From the NCBI GenBank assembly GCA_902553845.1, contig CACDMG010000001.1:1-46603 (forward strand): a stretch of DNA of 46,603 bases. Direction: 5' to 3'. A program made the position numbers and the translations under genes. The stretch is from an uncultured Pelagibacteraceae bacterium (GTDB lineage Bacteria; Pseudomonadota; Alphaproteobacteria; Pelagibacterales; Pelagibacteraceae). The stretch's first letter is position 1; the number at the start of each line of letters is the position of its first letter. Under the pieces are notes generated by a model. That model did not search any database, had not been told where the DNA came from, and saw only the letters and a program-made list of their open reading frames with translations. Below, in pieces: positions 27,353 through 36,902 of this stretch.

Positions 27353-28336
27353 TTAATTAACCTTTATACTATTCAAAATTAACCCTTTTGCTTTTCTTTT
27401 TAAATGCACTTCGCCTAAGTGACAAACAACTGAGCCAGTAATATCTGCTCTACTTTTATAAAGTACTACTGAATTACTTTTTTTTTTAACTTTTTTATTT
27501 ATTAAAGTACATAATTTGGGCTGATTTATTTTGTCGTATAATAAATAATTAGACATTATTTTACAAAATTTCTCTTTATTAATTTTTACTGCATATGAGT
27601 AACTTGCATAATCATTAATAACATTTTTTAAAGAGCAAATGGCATGATATGGACCAGTCATTTTTTTATTTAAATGACTATTCATGTCAAAATTAAATTC
27701 ATCTATTTTGTTTTGAAATTGTTTATTGAAGGTAACAAAAGCACCACCTGTCAAACCAAATAGACCTTTACAAGAACTAAAACCTGCAACATCTGATAAA
27801 TTGTGATCTTCTTCAAGACCGATAGATGCTGTTGCGTCTAAAGCTAGTTTAGAACGACATCTTTTTTTTAGTTTATATAATTCAAAAATTGGAATCTTAT
27901 AACCAATACTTGTTTCGACTGGGCAAGCTAGTATCCAGTCATATTTTTTATTTATTTCTTTGTAGAATTTAGAGTCAATGTAATCAATTTTTTTTATATA
28001 ATTGTATTTTTTTTTAGCAGTTTTACACATATAATTTAATCTGTCAGAGTAAACACCAGTTTTTATAATCAAAATATTTCCATAAACAAAATTTAAAATC
28101 ATTACTTCTAAAGCCATACTTGCTGATCCCTGAAGTCTAGCAATTTTTTGGTGCCCAGTTATATTTAAGATGCCCTTTAAAACTTTATTTTCAATATTTT
28201 CATAATTTTTATCACCTCTTCCAAAACAAGGCTCAAGTCCATTTATATTTTCTTCAAGTAAACTAGCTGGACCTGGTGTAAATAGTTTTATTTTTGAATT
28301 CTTTTTAATTATAATCTTTTTTAGATATTTGCTCAT
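27353..28336 (-). CDS. Class V PLP-dependent enzyme (2-aminoethylphosphonate aminotransferase-like)
   Basis: LFTPGP, ETS.G, LDATAS, FSSCKGL (PLP Lys). Confidence 0.8.
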   Translation of the reverse strand: MSKYLKKIIIKKNSKIKLFTPGPASLLEENINGLEPCFGRGDKNYENIENKVLKGILNITGHQKIARLQGSASMALEVMILNFVYGNILIIKTGVYSDRLNYMCKTAKKKYNYIKKIDYIDSKFYKEINKKYDWILACPVETSIGYKIPIFELYKLKKRCRSKLALDATASIGLEEDHNLSDVAGFSSCKGLFGLTGGAFVTFNKQFQNKIDEFNFDMNSHLNKKMTGPYHAICSLKNVINDYASYSYAVKINKEKFCKIMSNYLLYDKINQPKLCTLINKKVKKKSNSVVLYKSRADITGSVVCHLGEVHLKRKAKGLILNSIKVN

Positions 28337-28337
28337 T

Positions 28338-28754
28338 TTATTTTTTTCTTTTAAATATATTCTTAATATTTTTTGCCGCTATATTTCTAATTATACTACT
28401 ACTTATATTTTTAGTTCTGTTATAAGTAATTGTTTTACATTTAAACTTTCTTTTTGAATAATCAGAACCTTGAACTATTGCATCAATTTTATGCTTTGTT
28501 AAAAAATTTTGAGTAATTTCAAAATTACAAGGTATTACTTTTGAAACTTTTTTAAATTCAAGTAAAATTTCTTTTCTTAATTTATAATTTAATTCAGGAA
28601 TTAACTTTTTATGTTTTTTAATTTCTTTATCCGTGGTAAGTGCAATTATTACATTGCCAAATTTTGAGGCTTTTTTTATTAATCTCACATGACCATTATG
28701 AATTATAGCAGCTGACATATCTACAAGGATTTTCTTTTTTATTTTTTTTTTCAT
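28338..28754 (-). CDS. Cytidylyltransferase (glycerol-3-phosphate/ethanolamine-phosphate CTase-like)
   Basis: HNGH (HxGH), QG.D, RT.NISSS.I. Confidence 0.85.
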   Translation of the reverse strand: MKKKIKKKILVDMSAAIIHNGHVRLIKKASKFGNVIIALTTDKEIKKHKKLIPELNYKLRKEILLEFKKVSKVIPCNFEITQNFLTKHKIDAIVQGSDYSKRKFKCKTITYNRTKNISSSIIRNIAAKNIKNIFKRKK

Positions 28755-28914
28755 AAGTTTATATAGATATATTGATAACTTACTGTAATATACCTAAGTG
28801 TTTAATTATATTAATTGATTTAAAAAAAAAGGTTTTTTTTAGTATTAAATTAAAAAATGTGTGATATTTAGCCCTAATAATAAGTTCGTATAACAATTAA
28901 TTTATTAATTAATT

Positions 28915-29466
28915 TTGATGATTAGTAAAAAATTTATAAAAAAAACAAAAAAGAAAGGCACTCTGTTTTGGATAGAAGGCTTTTCTGGAGCTGGAAAAAC
29001 AAGTATTTCTAGAGTTACTGCAAAAATATTGAGAAAAAAAATTTCGAACTTGGTTTTAATCCAAGGTAATGAGATGAGGTCTTTATTACAATTAAAGGGT
29101 TTTTCAAAAAAAGAAAGAATATCAGCCTCTAATTATTCTAGTGAGTTAATTAAGTTTCTCACAAATAATGGAATAAATGTAATGTATACGGTGTTGTGTC
29201 TTAATAATAGAACAAGAAAAATATACAAAAATAAGATTGATAATTTCCTTCAAATTTATGTAGATTCTAGCGTAAATCAAATAATTAAAAAAAACTTAAA
29301 GCCTCAAATTTATAAATTAAAGAAAAATATTGTTGGTGTTGATATTAAACCTGATTACCCTAAAAAAAATAATATTGTTATAAAAAATAATTTTTCAAAA
29401 AAAATAAAAGAATTAGGAACAAATCTAGCCGAAGAAATTATTATTTGCTGTAATAACAAACTTTGA
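28915..29466 (+). CDS. Adenylyl-sulfate kinase-like P-loop kinase (divergent)
   Basis: FWIEGFSGAGKT, N.VGVDI..D.P; canonical LDGD replaced by IQGN. Confidence 0.75.
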   Translation: MMISKKFIKKTKKKGTLFWIEGFSGAGKTSISRVTAKILRKKISNLVLIQGNEMRSLLQLKGFSKKERISASNYSSELIKFLTNNGINVMYTVLCLNNRTRKIYKNKIDNFLQIYVDSSVNQIIKKNLKPQIYKLKKNIVGVDIKPDYPKKNNIVIKNNFSKKIKELGTNLAEEIIICCNNKL

Positions 29467-29519
29467 TTTTCTTGTTTGAAACAAAAAAAATAAGTAGTAT
29501 ATATCATCGTGAATTTAAT

Positions 29520-29596
29520 GGCGGGGTAGCTCAGTTGGTTAGAGCGCGGGACTCATAAGCCCGAGGTCAGTGGTTCGATCCCACTTCCCGCTACCA
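29520..29596 (+). tRNA. tRNA with CAT anticodon, probably elongator tRNA-Met
   Basis: Cloverleaf: GGCGGGG/TCCCGCT acceptor, GCTC/GAGC D-stem, CGGGA-CTCATAA-GCCCG, AGTGG-TTCGATC-CCACT, encoded CCA; lacks initiator features. Confidence 0.95.
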
Positions 29597-29603
29597 AATG
29601 TTT

Positions 29604-30641
29604 TTACTTTAAAAAAGTATCATTAAATTGATTTGAAACTCTTACAAAGGTAGTACATTTACTTAATTGTTTTAATGAAGGTGCTCCAACATATGTACAG
29701 CTACTTCTTATTCCTCCAAGGATATTTAAAATAGTATCATTTATTTTTCCTCTGTATTTCACTCTTACTTTCCTTCCTTCACTGCTTCGATAGTCTGATA
29801 AACCTCCATAATGTTTTTTATTAGCAACTTCGGAGCTTGATCCATAAAATTCAATATATTTAGATCCATTAACCTTTACCACTTTACCTTTGCCCTCATC
29901 GTGACCAGCTAACATTCCTCCAAGCATTACAAAATCAGCACCACCGCCAAAACCTTTAGCCACATCGCCAGGACATGTGCATCCTCCATCAGCAATTATG
30001 TGTGCTCCAAGTCCATGTGCAGCATCAGCACATTCTATAACTGCACTCAATTGTGGATAGCCTACACCTGTTTGTATTCTTGTTGTACATACGCTTCCAG
30101 GTCCTATACCTACTTTAACAATGTCTGCTCCACTAAGGACTAATTCTTGTGTCATGTCAGCCGTTACAACATTTCCAGCAATTATTGTTTTTGTAGGATA
30201 TTTATCTCTTACAGACTTTACAAAATTAGTGAAATGCTCTGAATATCCATTAGCAACATCAATACATATGAACTTAAAAAAACTAAATTCTTTTAAAACT
30301 TTATCTAAATTAAGAAAATCTTCTTTTTTTATACCAACACTTAATGCAATGTTAGGATAAATTTTTTTTACATTTTTATTTAGTTTAATTTTTTTTATAT
30401 CATGTTGTTTTGTTAAACATGTTATCATACCGTGGCTATTTAATTCTTCAGCAATACTTAATTCACCAACACCATCCATATTAGCTGCCATTATAGGAAT
30501 ACCAGACCATTCATTTTTACTATATTTAAATCTATATGTTCTTAAAAGATTTACATCTTTACGGCTTTTAAGAGTACTTCTTTTTGGTCTAAATAATACA
30601 TCTGAATAATCTAGTTTTAATTCTTCTTCAATTCTCATCAA
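29604..30641 (-). CDS. guaC: GMP reductase
   Basis: DVL.RPKRSTL.SR, IDVANGYSE, KVGIGPGSVCTTR, YRSSEG. Confidence 0.96.
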   Translation of the reverse strand: MMRIEEELKLDYSDVLFRPKRSTLKSRKDVNLLRTYRFKYSKNEWSGIPIMAANMDGVGELSIAEELNSHGMITCLTKQHDIKKIKLNKNVKKIYPNIALSVGIKKEDFLNLDKVLKEFSFFKFICIDVANGYSEHFTNFVKSVRDKYPTKTIIAGNVVTADMTQELVLSGADIVKVGIGPGSVCTTRIQTGVGYPQLSAVIECADAAHGLGAHIIADGGCTCPGDVAKGFGGGADFVMLGGMLAGHDEGKGKVVKVNGSKYIEFYGSSSEVANKKHYGGLSDYRSSEGRKVRVKYRGKINDTILNILGGIRSSCTYVGAPSLKQLSKCTTFVRVSNQFNDTFLK

Positions 30642-30686
30642 ATTTAAATTATAAGTATAAAAACTAATTTCAAATTAATAATAGCC

Positions 30687-30695
30687 TGTGGATAA
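30687..30695 (-). promoter_or_regulatory. Consensus DnaA box upstream of guaC
   Basis: TGTGGATAA on + equals TTATCCACA on -. Confidence 0.5.
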
Positions 30696-30739
30696 GTTTT
30701 AAGATATTTTTTTAAGAGGGATTTATAATAAATATCTAT

Positions 30740-31609
30740 TTATTTTATAAGTTTTCTTAAATAAGAAGAATATTCACAATTCCCATAAAAATTTATGGAA
30801 TTAACTATGTGTTTTTTTGAAATCCATTTTTTATTTAAAGAAATTTCCTCTAAGCACGCGATTTTAAAACCTTGTCTATTTTCTATAGCTGAAACAAAAG
30901 CTGATGTTTTATAAAAATCATCTATTGAGCCAGTATCAAGCCAAGCACCACCTCTACCGATTATATCAGCACTTAATTGATTTTTTGATCTGTACAAATT
31001 TAAAAGATCAACTATTTCAACTTCTCCTCTTTTAGAAGGTTTTAATTTTTTTGAAAATTTGACAACATTATTATCAAAAAAATACAAACCAGTAATCGCA
31101 AGATCGGACAAGAATTTTTTTGGTTTTTCTTTAATAGAAATTATTTTATTTTTTTTATTAATTTTAGCTACACCAAAAAGCTCTGGTCTAGGGACTCTAT
31201 GTAAAACAACTTTAGCACCTTTTTTTAGTTTAGTATTTTTTAGAAGATTACCAGTTAAATTTTGACCATAAAAAAAATTATCTCCTAATATCATTGCAAC
31301 ATTATCTTTGCCAATAAACTTTTCACCAATTACAAAAGCATCTGGCAAACCTCTGGGTTTATTTTGTTCAATATAGGAAATCTTAATTCCTAAATTTTGT
31401 CCGTTGGGTATTATTTTTCTGTATTGATTTAATTGGCCTTTATTTACGATGATTAATATATCTTTTATATTTGCCAACATTAGAATTGATAAAGGATAAA
31501 AAATTAAAGGTTTATCGTAAATAGGTAGCAATTGTTTATTTACAGCTTTAGTTAAAGGACTCATTCTTGTTCCTTTGCCACCAGCTAAAATTATTCCTTT
31601 TTTAATCAT
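30740..31609 (-). CDS. rfbA: Glucose-1-phosphate thymidylyltransferase
   Basis: GIILAGG.GTR, KQLLPIYDKP, LGDN.FYG, EKP, WLDTG. Confidence 0.95.
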   Translation of the reverse strand: MIKKGIILAGGKGTRMSPLTKAVNKQLLPIYDKPLIFYPLSILMLANIKDILIIVNKGQLNQYRKIIPNGQNLGIKISYIEQNKPRGLPDAFVIGEKFIGKDNVAMILGDNFFYGQNLTGNLLKNTKLKKGAKVVLHRVPRPELFGVAKINKKNKIISIKEKPKKFLSDLAITGLYFFDNNVVKFSKKLKPSKRGEVEIVDLLNLYRSKNQLSADIIGRGGAWLDTGSIDDFYKTSAFVSAIENRQGFKIACLEEISLNKKWISKKHIVNSINFYGNCEYSSYLRKLIK

Positions 31610-32619
31610 CCTTTTCCTAATCTTTTCACAATATCTTTTCTTGATAATGATTTATAATAATTTTTGTTCTTATTATACCAATCAAAAGTTAATTTAATTC
31701 CTTGTCTAAAATTTGTCTTTGGATACCAGCCTAATTTATGCTTAATTTTATTACTATTTAAAGCATAACGTAAGTCATGACCTGGTCGATCTTTTACAAA
31801 TTGAATTTTTACTTTCTTTCCCAATTTAATAATTTTTTTTGAAGCATTAATTAATTCTTTTGATACTTCAAGATTTTTCAAATTTTTGTTTGATCCAATG
31901 TTATAAAATTCACCAATTTTACCTTTTAAAAAAACTTTTAATAAAGCTTCACAATGATCTTGAACGTAAATCCATTCTCTAGAATTAATTCCCTTTCCAT
32001 AAAGTGGTAAAGGTTTGTTATTTAAAATATTATAAATTAGTTTTGGTATTAATTTTTCAGGATGTTGTTTAGGTCCATAGTTATTTGAGCAATTTGTGAT
32101 TATTGCAGGAATTTTATAGGTTCTAATATAAGAACTCACCAAGTGGTCTGATGCGGCTTTGCTAGCTGCATAAGGAGAACTTGGTTGATATGGATAATTT
32201 TCAGAAGATCTTCCAGATAAAACATCTCCATATACTTCATCAGTAGAAATATGAATTAACTTAGATTTATATTTTTTTGAGTATTCTTTAAAATATTCAA
32301 GTAAATTATAAACTCCAACAATATTACTTTGAATAAAATTGTTGGGATTATCTATAGATCTATCAACATGTGTCTCAGCAGCTAAATTGAATATTCCAAC
32401 TGGTCGATATCTAAATAAAATTTTCTTTATCTTATTTTCCTTAATATCACATTTAATGAATTTATAGTTTTTTAATTTATTATATTCTTTTGTATTGTAA
32501 AAATTTGACGAGTAAGTAACTTTGTCAATATTTATTACAAAGTAATTTTTTTTTATTAATAGATCAATCAAATTACTTCCTATAAATCCTAATCCACCTG
32601 ATACAATTATTTTTTTCAT
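31606..32619 (-). CDS. rfbB: dTDP-glucose 4,6-dehydratase
   Basis: GG.GFIG, AAETHVDRSI, STDEVYG, PYAASKA, DRPGHD.RYA. Confidence 0.95.
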   Translation of the reverse strand: MKKIIVSGGLGFIGSNLIDLLIKKNYFVINIDKVTYSSNFYNTKEYNKLKNYKFIKCDIKENKIKKILFRYRPVGIFNLAAETHVDRSIDNPNNFIQSNIVGVYNLLEYFKEYSKKYKSKLIHISTDEVYGDVLSGRSSENYPYQPSSPYAASKAASDHLVSSYIRTYKIPAIITNCSNNYGPKQHPEKLIPKLIYNILNNKPLPLYGKGINSREWIYVQDHCEALLKVFLKGKIGEFYNIGSNKNLKNLEVSKELINASKKIIKLGKKVKIQFVKDRPGHDLRYALNSNKIKHKLGWYPKTNFRQGIKLTFDWYNKNKNYYKSLSRKDIVKRLGKG

Positions 32620-32627
32620 TTAATTAA

Positions 32628-33155
32628 TTAGTGACCTGGAAATTCAATTAAATTTTCCACTTTGTAACCTTTCTTTTGTAAATTGTCAGATCCATTTAAG
32701 TCAAAAAGATTTATTACAAAAATAAAACCAGATACATTTCCTCCAGAAATTTCAACTAATTTTGCAGCTGCTTCAGCAGTTCCACCAGTTGCAATTAAAT
32801 CATCAATAACAAGAACATTATCATCTTTACCTATAGAGTCTTTATGCACCTCTATTGTAGCGGTACCATATTCAAGCTCAAAATCTACAGAATGAACTTC
32901 AGAAGGTAGCTTATTTTTTTTCCTTAACATGATGAAAGGTTTTTTTAAAATATATGAAACTGCTGATGCAAAAACAAAGCCTCTTGATTCTATTGCGGCT
33001 ATTTTATTAAACCTAAGCTTTTTTGATCTTTCAATTATTTGGTTAATTGTTTCAGAAAAAGCATTTTCATCTTTGATTAGTGTAGTAATATCTCTAAATA
33101 ATATCCCTTTTTTCGGGTAATCAGGTATTGATCTAATAAAATCTTTTAAATTCAT
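32628..33155 (-). CDS. apt: Adenine phosphoribosyltransferase
   Basis: PDYPK.GILFRDIT, ESRGF, LEYG, VIDDLIATGGT. Confidence 0.96.
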   Translation of the reverse strand: MNLKDFIRSIPDYPKKGILFRDITTLIKDENAFSETINQIIERSKKLRFNKIAAIESRGFVFASAVSYILKKPFIMLRKKNKLPSEVHSVDFELEYGTATIEVHKDSIGKDDNVLVIDDLIATGGTAEAAAKLVEISGGNVSGFIFVINLFDLNGSDNLQKKGYKVENLIEFPGH

Positions 33156-33196
33156 AATTGTTATTTATAAAAGTATAAATAAGTTAATTTTTAGAC

Positions 33197-34069
33197 ATGA
33201 CAATAAATAAATTAGCAATCATAGGTGGAAGTGGACTTTATGATGTTGAAGAATTCAAGAAAAGGGAGTTATTGGATTTAAATACCCCGTGGGGAAAACC
33301 TTCCGATCAAATTTTAAAAACAAGTTTTAATAATAAAGAGGTTTATTTTTTACCAAGACATGGAAGAGGTCATTTTATTTCTCCATCAAATATTAACTTT
33401 AGAGCAAATATAGACTCTCTTAAGCAGCTAGGTGTAACTGATATTGTGTCAGTTTCAGCGGTTGGATCTTTAAAGGAAGATCTTCCCCCAGGTAAATTTG
33501 TGATAGTAGATCAATTTATTGACCGTACTTTTGCAAGAGAAAAAACATTTTTTGATGATGAAATTGTTGCTCATGTTTCTATGGCTCATCCAACATCAAA
33601 TGGTTTAATGAATGCTTGTGAAGAAGCTATAAAAAAAGAAAAAATACAATACCAGAGAGGTGGAACTTACGTTGTTATGGAAGGTCCTCAATTTTCAACT
33701 TTAGCAGAATCAAATTTATATAGATCATGGAATGCAGATGTTATTGGAATGACTAATATGCCTGAGGCAAAATTAGCAAGAGAGGCAGAGATAAGATATG
33801 CGTCTGTTTCAATGGTAACAGACTATGATTGTTGGCATCCAGATCATGATAATGTTGATGTGCAACAAGTAATAAAAGTTCTTCTAGGAAATGCCGTTAA
33901 AGCCAAAAATATGATCAAAAACTTAATTGAGAACTTTGAAAATCATATAGACACTAAAGATCCTACAAATAATTGTTTAGATGTAGCTATTATCACAGCC
34001 CCTGAAAAAAGAACAAGGAAAACTATAGATAAACTTAAAAATGTTGCTGGCAGAGTTTTGAATAGATGA
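33197..34069 (+). CDS. mtnP: S-methyl-5'-thioadenosine phosphorylase
   Basis: IIGGSGLY, RHG.GH, EGPQFST.AES, GMT, VTDYDCWH. Confidence 0.95.
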   Translation: MTINKLAIIGGSGLYDVEEFKKRELLDLNTPWGKPSDQILKTSFNNKEVYFLPRHGRGHFISPSNINFRANIDSLKQLGVTDIVSVSAVGSLKEDLPPGKFVIVDQFIDRTFAREKTFFDDEIVAHVSMAHPTSNGLMNACEEAIKKEKIQYQRGGTYVVMEGPQFSTLAESNLYRSWNADVIGMTNMPEAKLAREAEIRYASVSMVTDYDCWHPDHDNVDVQQVIKVLLGNAVKAKNMIKNLIENFENHIDTKDPTNNCLDVAIITAPEKRTRKTIDKLKNVAGRVLNR

Positions 34070-35136
34070 GAATAGAGGGAAAAGAATATAAAACTATTTG
34101 GTTTGAAAATAATAGAGTTAAAATTATTGACCAAACTAAATTACCACATCAATTTATTGTTAAAGATTTAAAAACAGTCAAAGATGCAATCAATGCCATA
34201 AAGACAATGGAAGTAAGAGGCGCACCTTTGATAGGAGCTACTGCTGCCTACGGTTTGGTTCTTTCAATTATAGAAAATAATGACCAGTCTTTTATTAAAA
34301 AATCTGCTGAAGAATTAATTAGTTCTAGACCTACTGCTATAAATTTAAAATGGGCCGTAGACAGAATGATGAAAAAAATTTCAGGTGTTAACAGTGCTAA
34401 AATTTTAGAATTAGCTAAAAATGAAGCAAAAGAAATTTGTGAAGAAGATATAAAATTTTGTAAGAATATTGGAATTAATGGCCTCAAGATAATTGAAGAT
34501 ATCTATAACAAAAAAAAAGATACCGTAAATATTTTAACTCATTGTAATGCAGGATGGCTTGCAACAATTAATTGGGGGACAGCGACTTCTCCGATTTATC
34601 ATGCACACAAAAATGGAATTCCAGTCCATGTTTGGACAGATGAAACAAGGCCGAGAAATCAAGGTGCAAATCTTACTTCTTATGAATTAAACGAGGAGGG
34701 AATTAAGAATACAATTATTGCAGATAATACAGGTGGAATTTTAATGCAAAGAGGTCAAGTTGATATGTGTATCGTTGGAACAGATAGAACATTAGCTAAT
34801 GGAGATGTTTGTAATAAAGTCGGAACTTATTTAAAAGCACTTGCAGCATATGACAACAATATTCCTTTTTACGTAGCATTACCAAGTTCAACTATTGACT
34901 GGAATATAAAAAACCACAAGGACATTCCTATTGAGGAAAGAAATTCTGAGGAATTATCGCAAATGGAAGGTCTTGATGAAAAAGGAAATTTAAAGAAAAT
35001 ACAAATTTATCCAAAAAAAAGTAAGTCTATGAATTTAGCATTTGATGTAACCCCAGCAAAATATGTAACAGGATTAATAACTGAAAAAGGTATCTGCGAT
35101 GCATCTAAGGAGGGATTAAAAAGATTATTTAAATGA
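34066..35136 (+). CDS. mtnA: Methylthioribose-1-phosphate isomerase
   Basis: VRGAPLIG, RPTA.NL, THCNAGWLA, DETRP..QGA, NK.GTY, FDVTP. Confidence 0.95.
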   Translation: MRIEGKEYKTIWFENNRVKIIDQTKLPHQFIVKDLKTVKDAINAIKTMEVRGAPLIGATAAYGLVLSIIENNDQSFIKKSAEELISSRPTAINLKWAVDRMMKKISGVNSAKILELAKNEAKEICEEDIKFCKNIGINGLKIIEDIYNKKKDTVNILTHCNAGWLATINWGTATSPIYHAHKNGIPVHVWTDETRPRNQGANLTSYELNEEGIKNTIIADNTGGILMQRGQVDMCIVGTDRTLANGDVCNKVGTYLKALAAYDNNIPFYVALPSSTIDWNIKNHKDIPIEERNSEELSQMEGLDEKGNLKKIQIYPKKSKSMNLAFDVTPAKYVTGLITEKGICDASKEGLKRLFK

Positions 35137-35798
35137 AAAATTTAAAGGAAAGAGAAGAGGTAATAGAGTATTCAATAAAGCTCAATACTACCAATTTATC
35201 TCCATTAAGATCAGGAAATATTTCAGTAAGAGGTGTTGAAGATGGAATTGAGGGTTTTTTTATAACTCCATCGGGAAAAAAATACGAATCACTAAAACCT
35301 GAAGATATTGTTTTTTTATCCTTAAATGAGGAAAAAGACTTTTTATCATGGTTTAATACCGGAAAAAATCCATCATCAGAATGGCGTTTTCATCAAGATA
35401 TTTATAAAAACAAGTGGGAGGCAAAGGCTATAGTTCATGCACATTCTCCAAATGCTTCCGCTGTTTCTACTCATGGTAAATCGATTCCACCTTTTCATTA
35501 TATGATAGCCCTTGCGGGAGGAGAAGATATTAGATGTTCAGAATATGCAACTTTTGGTACGCACGAACTCTCAATGAATATTATTAAAGCTCTAAAAGAT
35601 AGAAAGGCATGTTTAATGTCAAACCACGGCCAGGTTGCATTTGGAGAAAATTTATCTAAAGCTTTTGAACTTGCACAAGAAGTAGAAAATATTTGCCATC
35701 AATATGTTATTGCTTTAAAGATGGGAGAACCAAAGAATCTCTCATTTGCAGAAATGAAGAAAATTTTGGAAAAAGTTAAAAATTATAAAAGTGGATAA
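35133..35798 (+). CDS. Class II aldolase (FucA/Ald2-like methylthioribulose-/5-deoxyribulose-1-phosphate aldolase)
   Basis: SGN, PSSEW.FH, HAH, FHYMIA..GG, YATFGT, NHG. Confidence 0.88.
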   Translation: MKNLKEREEVIEYSIKLNTTNLSPLRSGNISVRGVEDGIEGFFITPSGKKYESLKPEDIVFLSLNEEKDFLSWFNTGKNPSSEWRFHQDIYKNKWEAKAIVHAHSPNASAVSTHGKSIPPFHYMIALAGGEDIRCSEYATFGTHELSMNIIKALKDRKACLMSNHGQVAFGENLSKAFELAQEVENICHQYVIALKMGEPKNLSFAEMKKILEKVKNYKSG

Positions 35799-35803
35799 TT
35801 TTT

Positions 35804-36844
35804 ATGACAAAAGTAGGGGAGCACATCACTTTAGACATTATTGGGACAGAGAAAGAATATGATCCTGCTGTCTATGAGAGAGTAATCAAAGAAATTGCAA
35901 AAGTTGCAAAAGTTACAATTTTAAATATTTCTAAATATAAATTTGAACCACAAGGATTTACTATATTAGCTTTGTTAGCTGAGAGTCATATCAGTTTTCA
36001 CACATTCCCAGAAAAAGGAATTATAAGTTTTGATTTTTTCACATGTGGGAAGATAAGTCCGTCAATTGCTATTGATATTGTTAAAAAGGAATTTAAGCAC
36101 AAACGAATAGTAAAAAAAGAATTTAATAGAGATACTAAGGGTTTATATCATGATATTTACAGTTCACCTGGTCTTCAAAAAGCATACGTAGTTAACGATG
36201 TTCTAGAAGATTTTAAATCAAAAGTAGGTCAACATATAGAAATTTTAGATCTTGAACAATTTGGCAAATCTTTATTCATTGATGGAGAAATACAAGTTGC
36301 TGCCTCAGATGAACATTTATACAGCTCAACATTTGTCGGTGCAGGGCTTAAGTTAAATAAAAGTAATGAAAGGGCAGCAATAATTGGTGGTGGTGATGGT
36401 GGTGTTGCACGAGAATGTATTTCAAAAAATTTTAATTTTATAGATTGGTTTGAGCTTGATCCTGAAGTAGTTGAAGTTTGTAATAAACATTTAGGAGATA
36501 TAGGTAAAAAAGCTACAGAAAAAAATTCAGTAAAATGTGTTTGGGGAGATGCTTTTGAAAGTATTAAATCTGTTAAAGATGACGCTTATGACCACATCTT
36601 TGTTGACTTAAATGATGATCAGTTTTGTATAGATTTAGCTGCAAAAAATATGGACTCTTTGGTAAGAATTTTAAAACCTAAAGGAGTGATAACAGCGCAA
36701 GTTGGAAGCCAAGATAAAAAACCCCATCAAGTTGAAAATTGGCTTAATGTATTTCATCATCATTTTGGAAATACTAAATTATCAAGGGTTTATGTGCCCA
36801 GTTTTGACTGTTCTTGGAATTTTTCCTCATCGATAAATCATTAA
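35804..36844 (+). CDS. speD-speE: S-adenosylmethionine decarboxylase-aminopropyltransferase (SpeD-SpeE) fusion
   Basis: N-terminal FEPQG, LAE|SHISFHTFPE, DFFTCG; C-terminal FGK.LFIDG..Q, IGGGDGG, ELD..VVE.C. Confidence 0.9.
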   Translation: MTKVGEHITLDIIGTEKEYDPAVYERVIKEIAKVAKVTILNISKYKFEPQGFTILALLAESHISFHTFPEKGIISFDFFTCGKISPSIAIDIVKKEFKHKRIVKKEFNRDTKGLYHDIYSSPGLQKAYVVNDVLEDFKSKVGQHIEILDLEQFGKSLFIDGEIQVAASDEHLYSSTFVGAGLKLNKSNERAAIIGGGDGGVARECISKNFNFIDWFELDPEVVEVCNKHLGDIGKKATEKNSVKCVWGDAFESIKSVKDDAYDHIFVDLNDDQFCIDLAAKNMDSLVRILKPKGVITAQVGSQDKKPHQVENWLNVFHHHFGNTKLSRVYVPSFDCSWNFSSSINH

Positions 36845-36902
36845 TTTTTTCTTTTTTAAATCTCTAATTTATGAAATACTATTTTTTTTATTAAAGGAGA
36901 TA

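Noticed and set aside
28742-28751. A10 tract right after the cytidylyltransferase start codon as phase-variation site
   Set aside because: Long A/T runs are common throughout this AT-rich sequence and the frame is intact.
29570-29603. Integrative element at tRNA-Met
   Set aside because: No integrase and no duplicated tRNA end seen in the window; guaC follows within 7 bp.
30740-32619. rfbBA without rfbC/rfbD
   Set aside because: Split rml loci are common; the other genes may be elsewhere.
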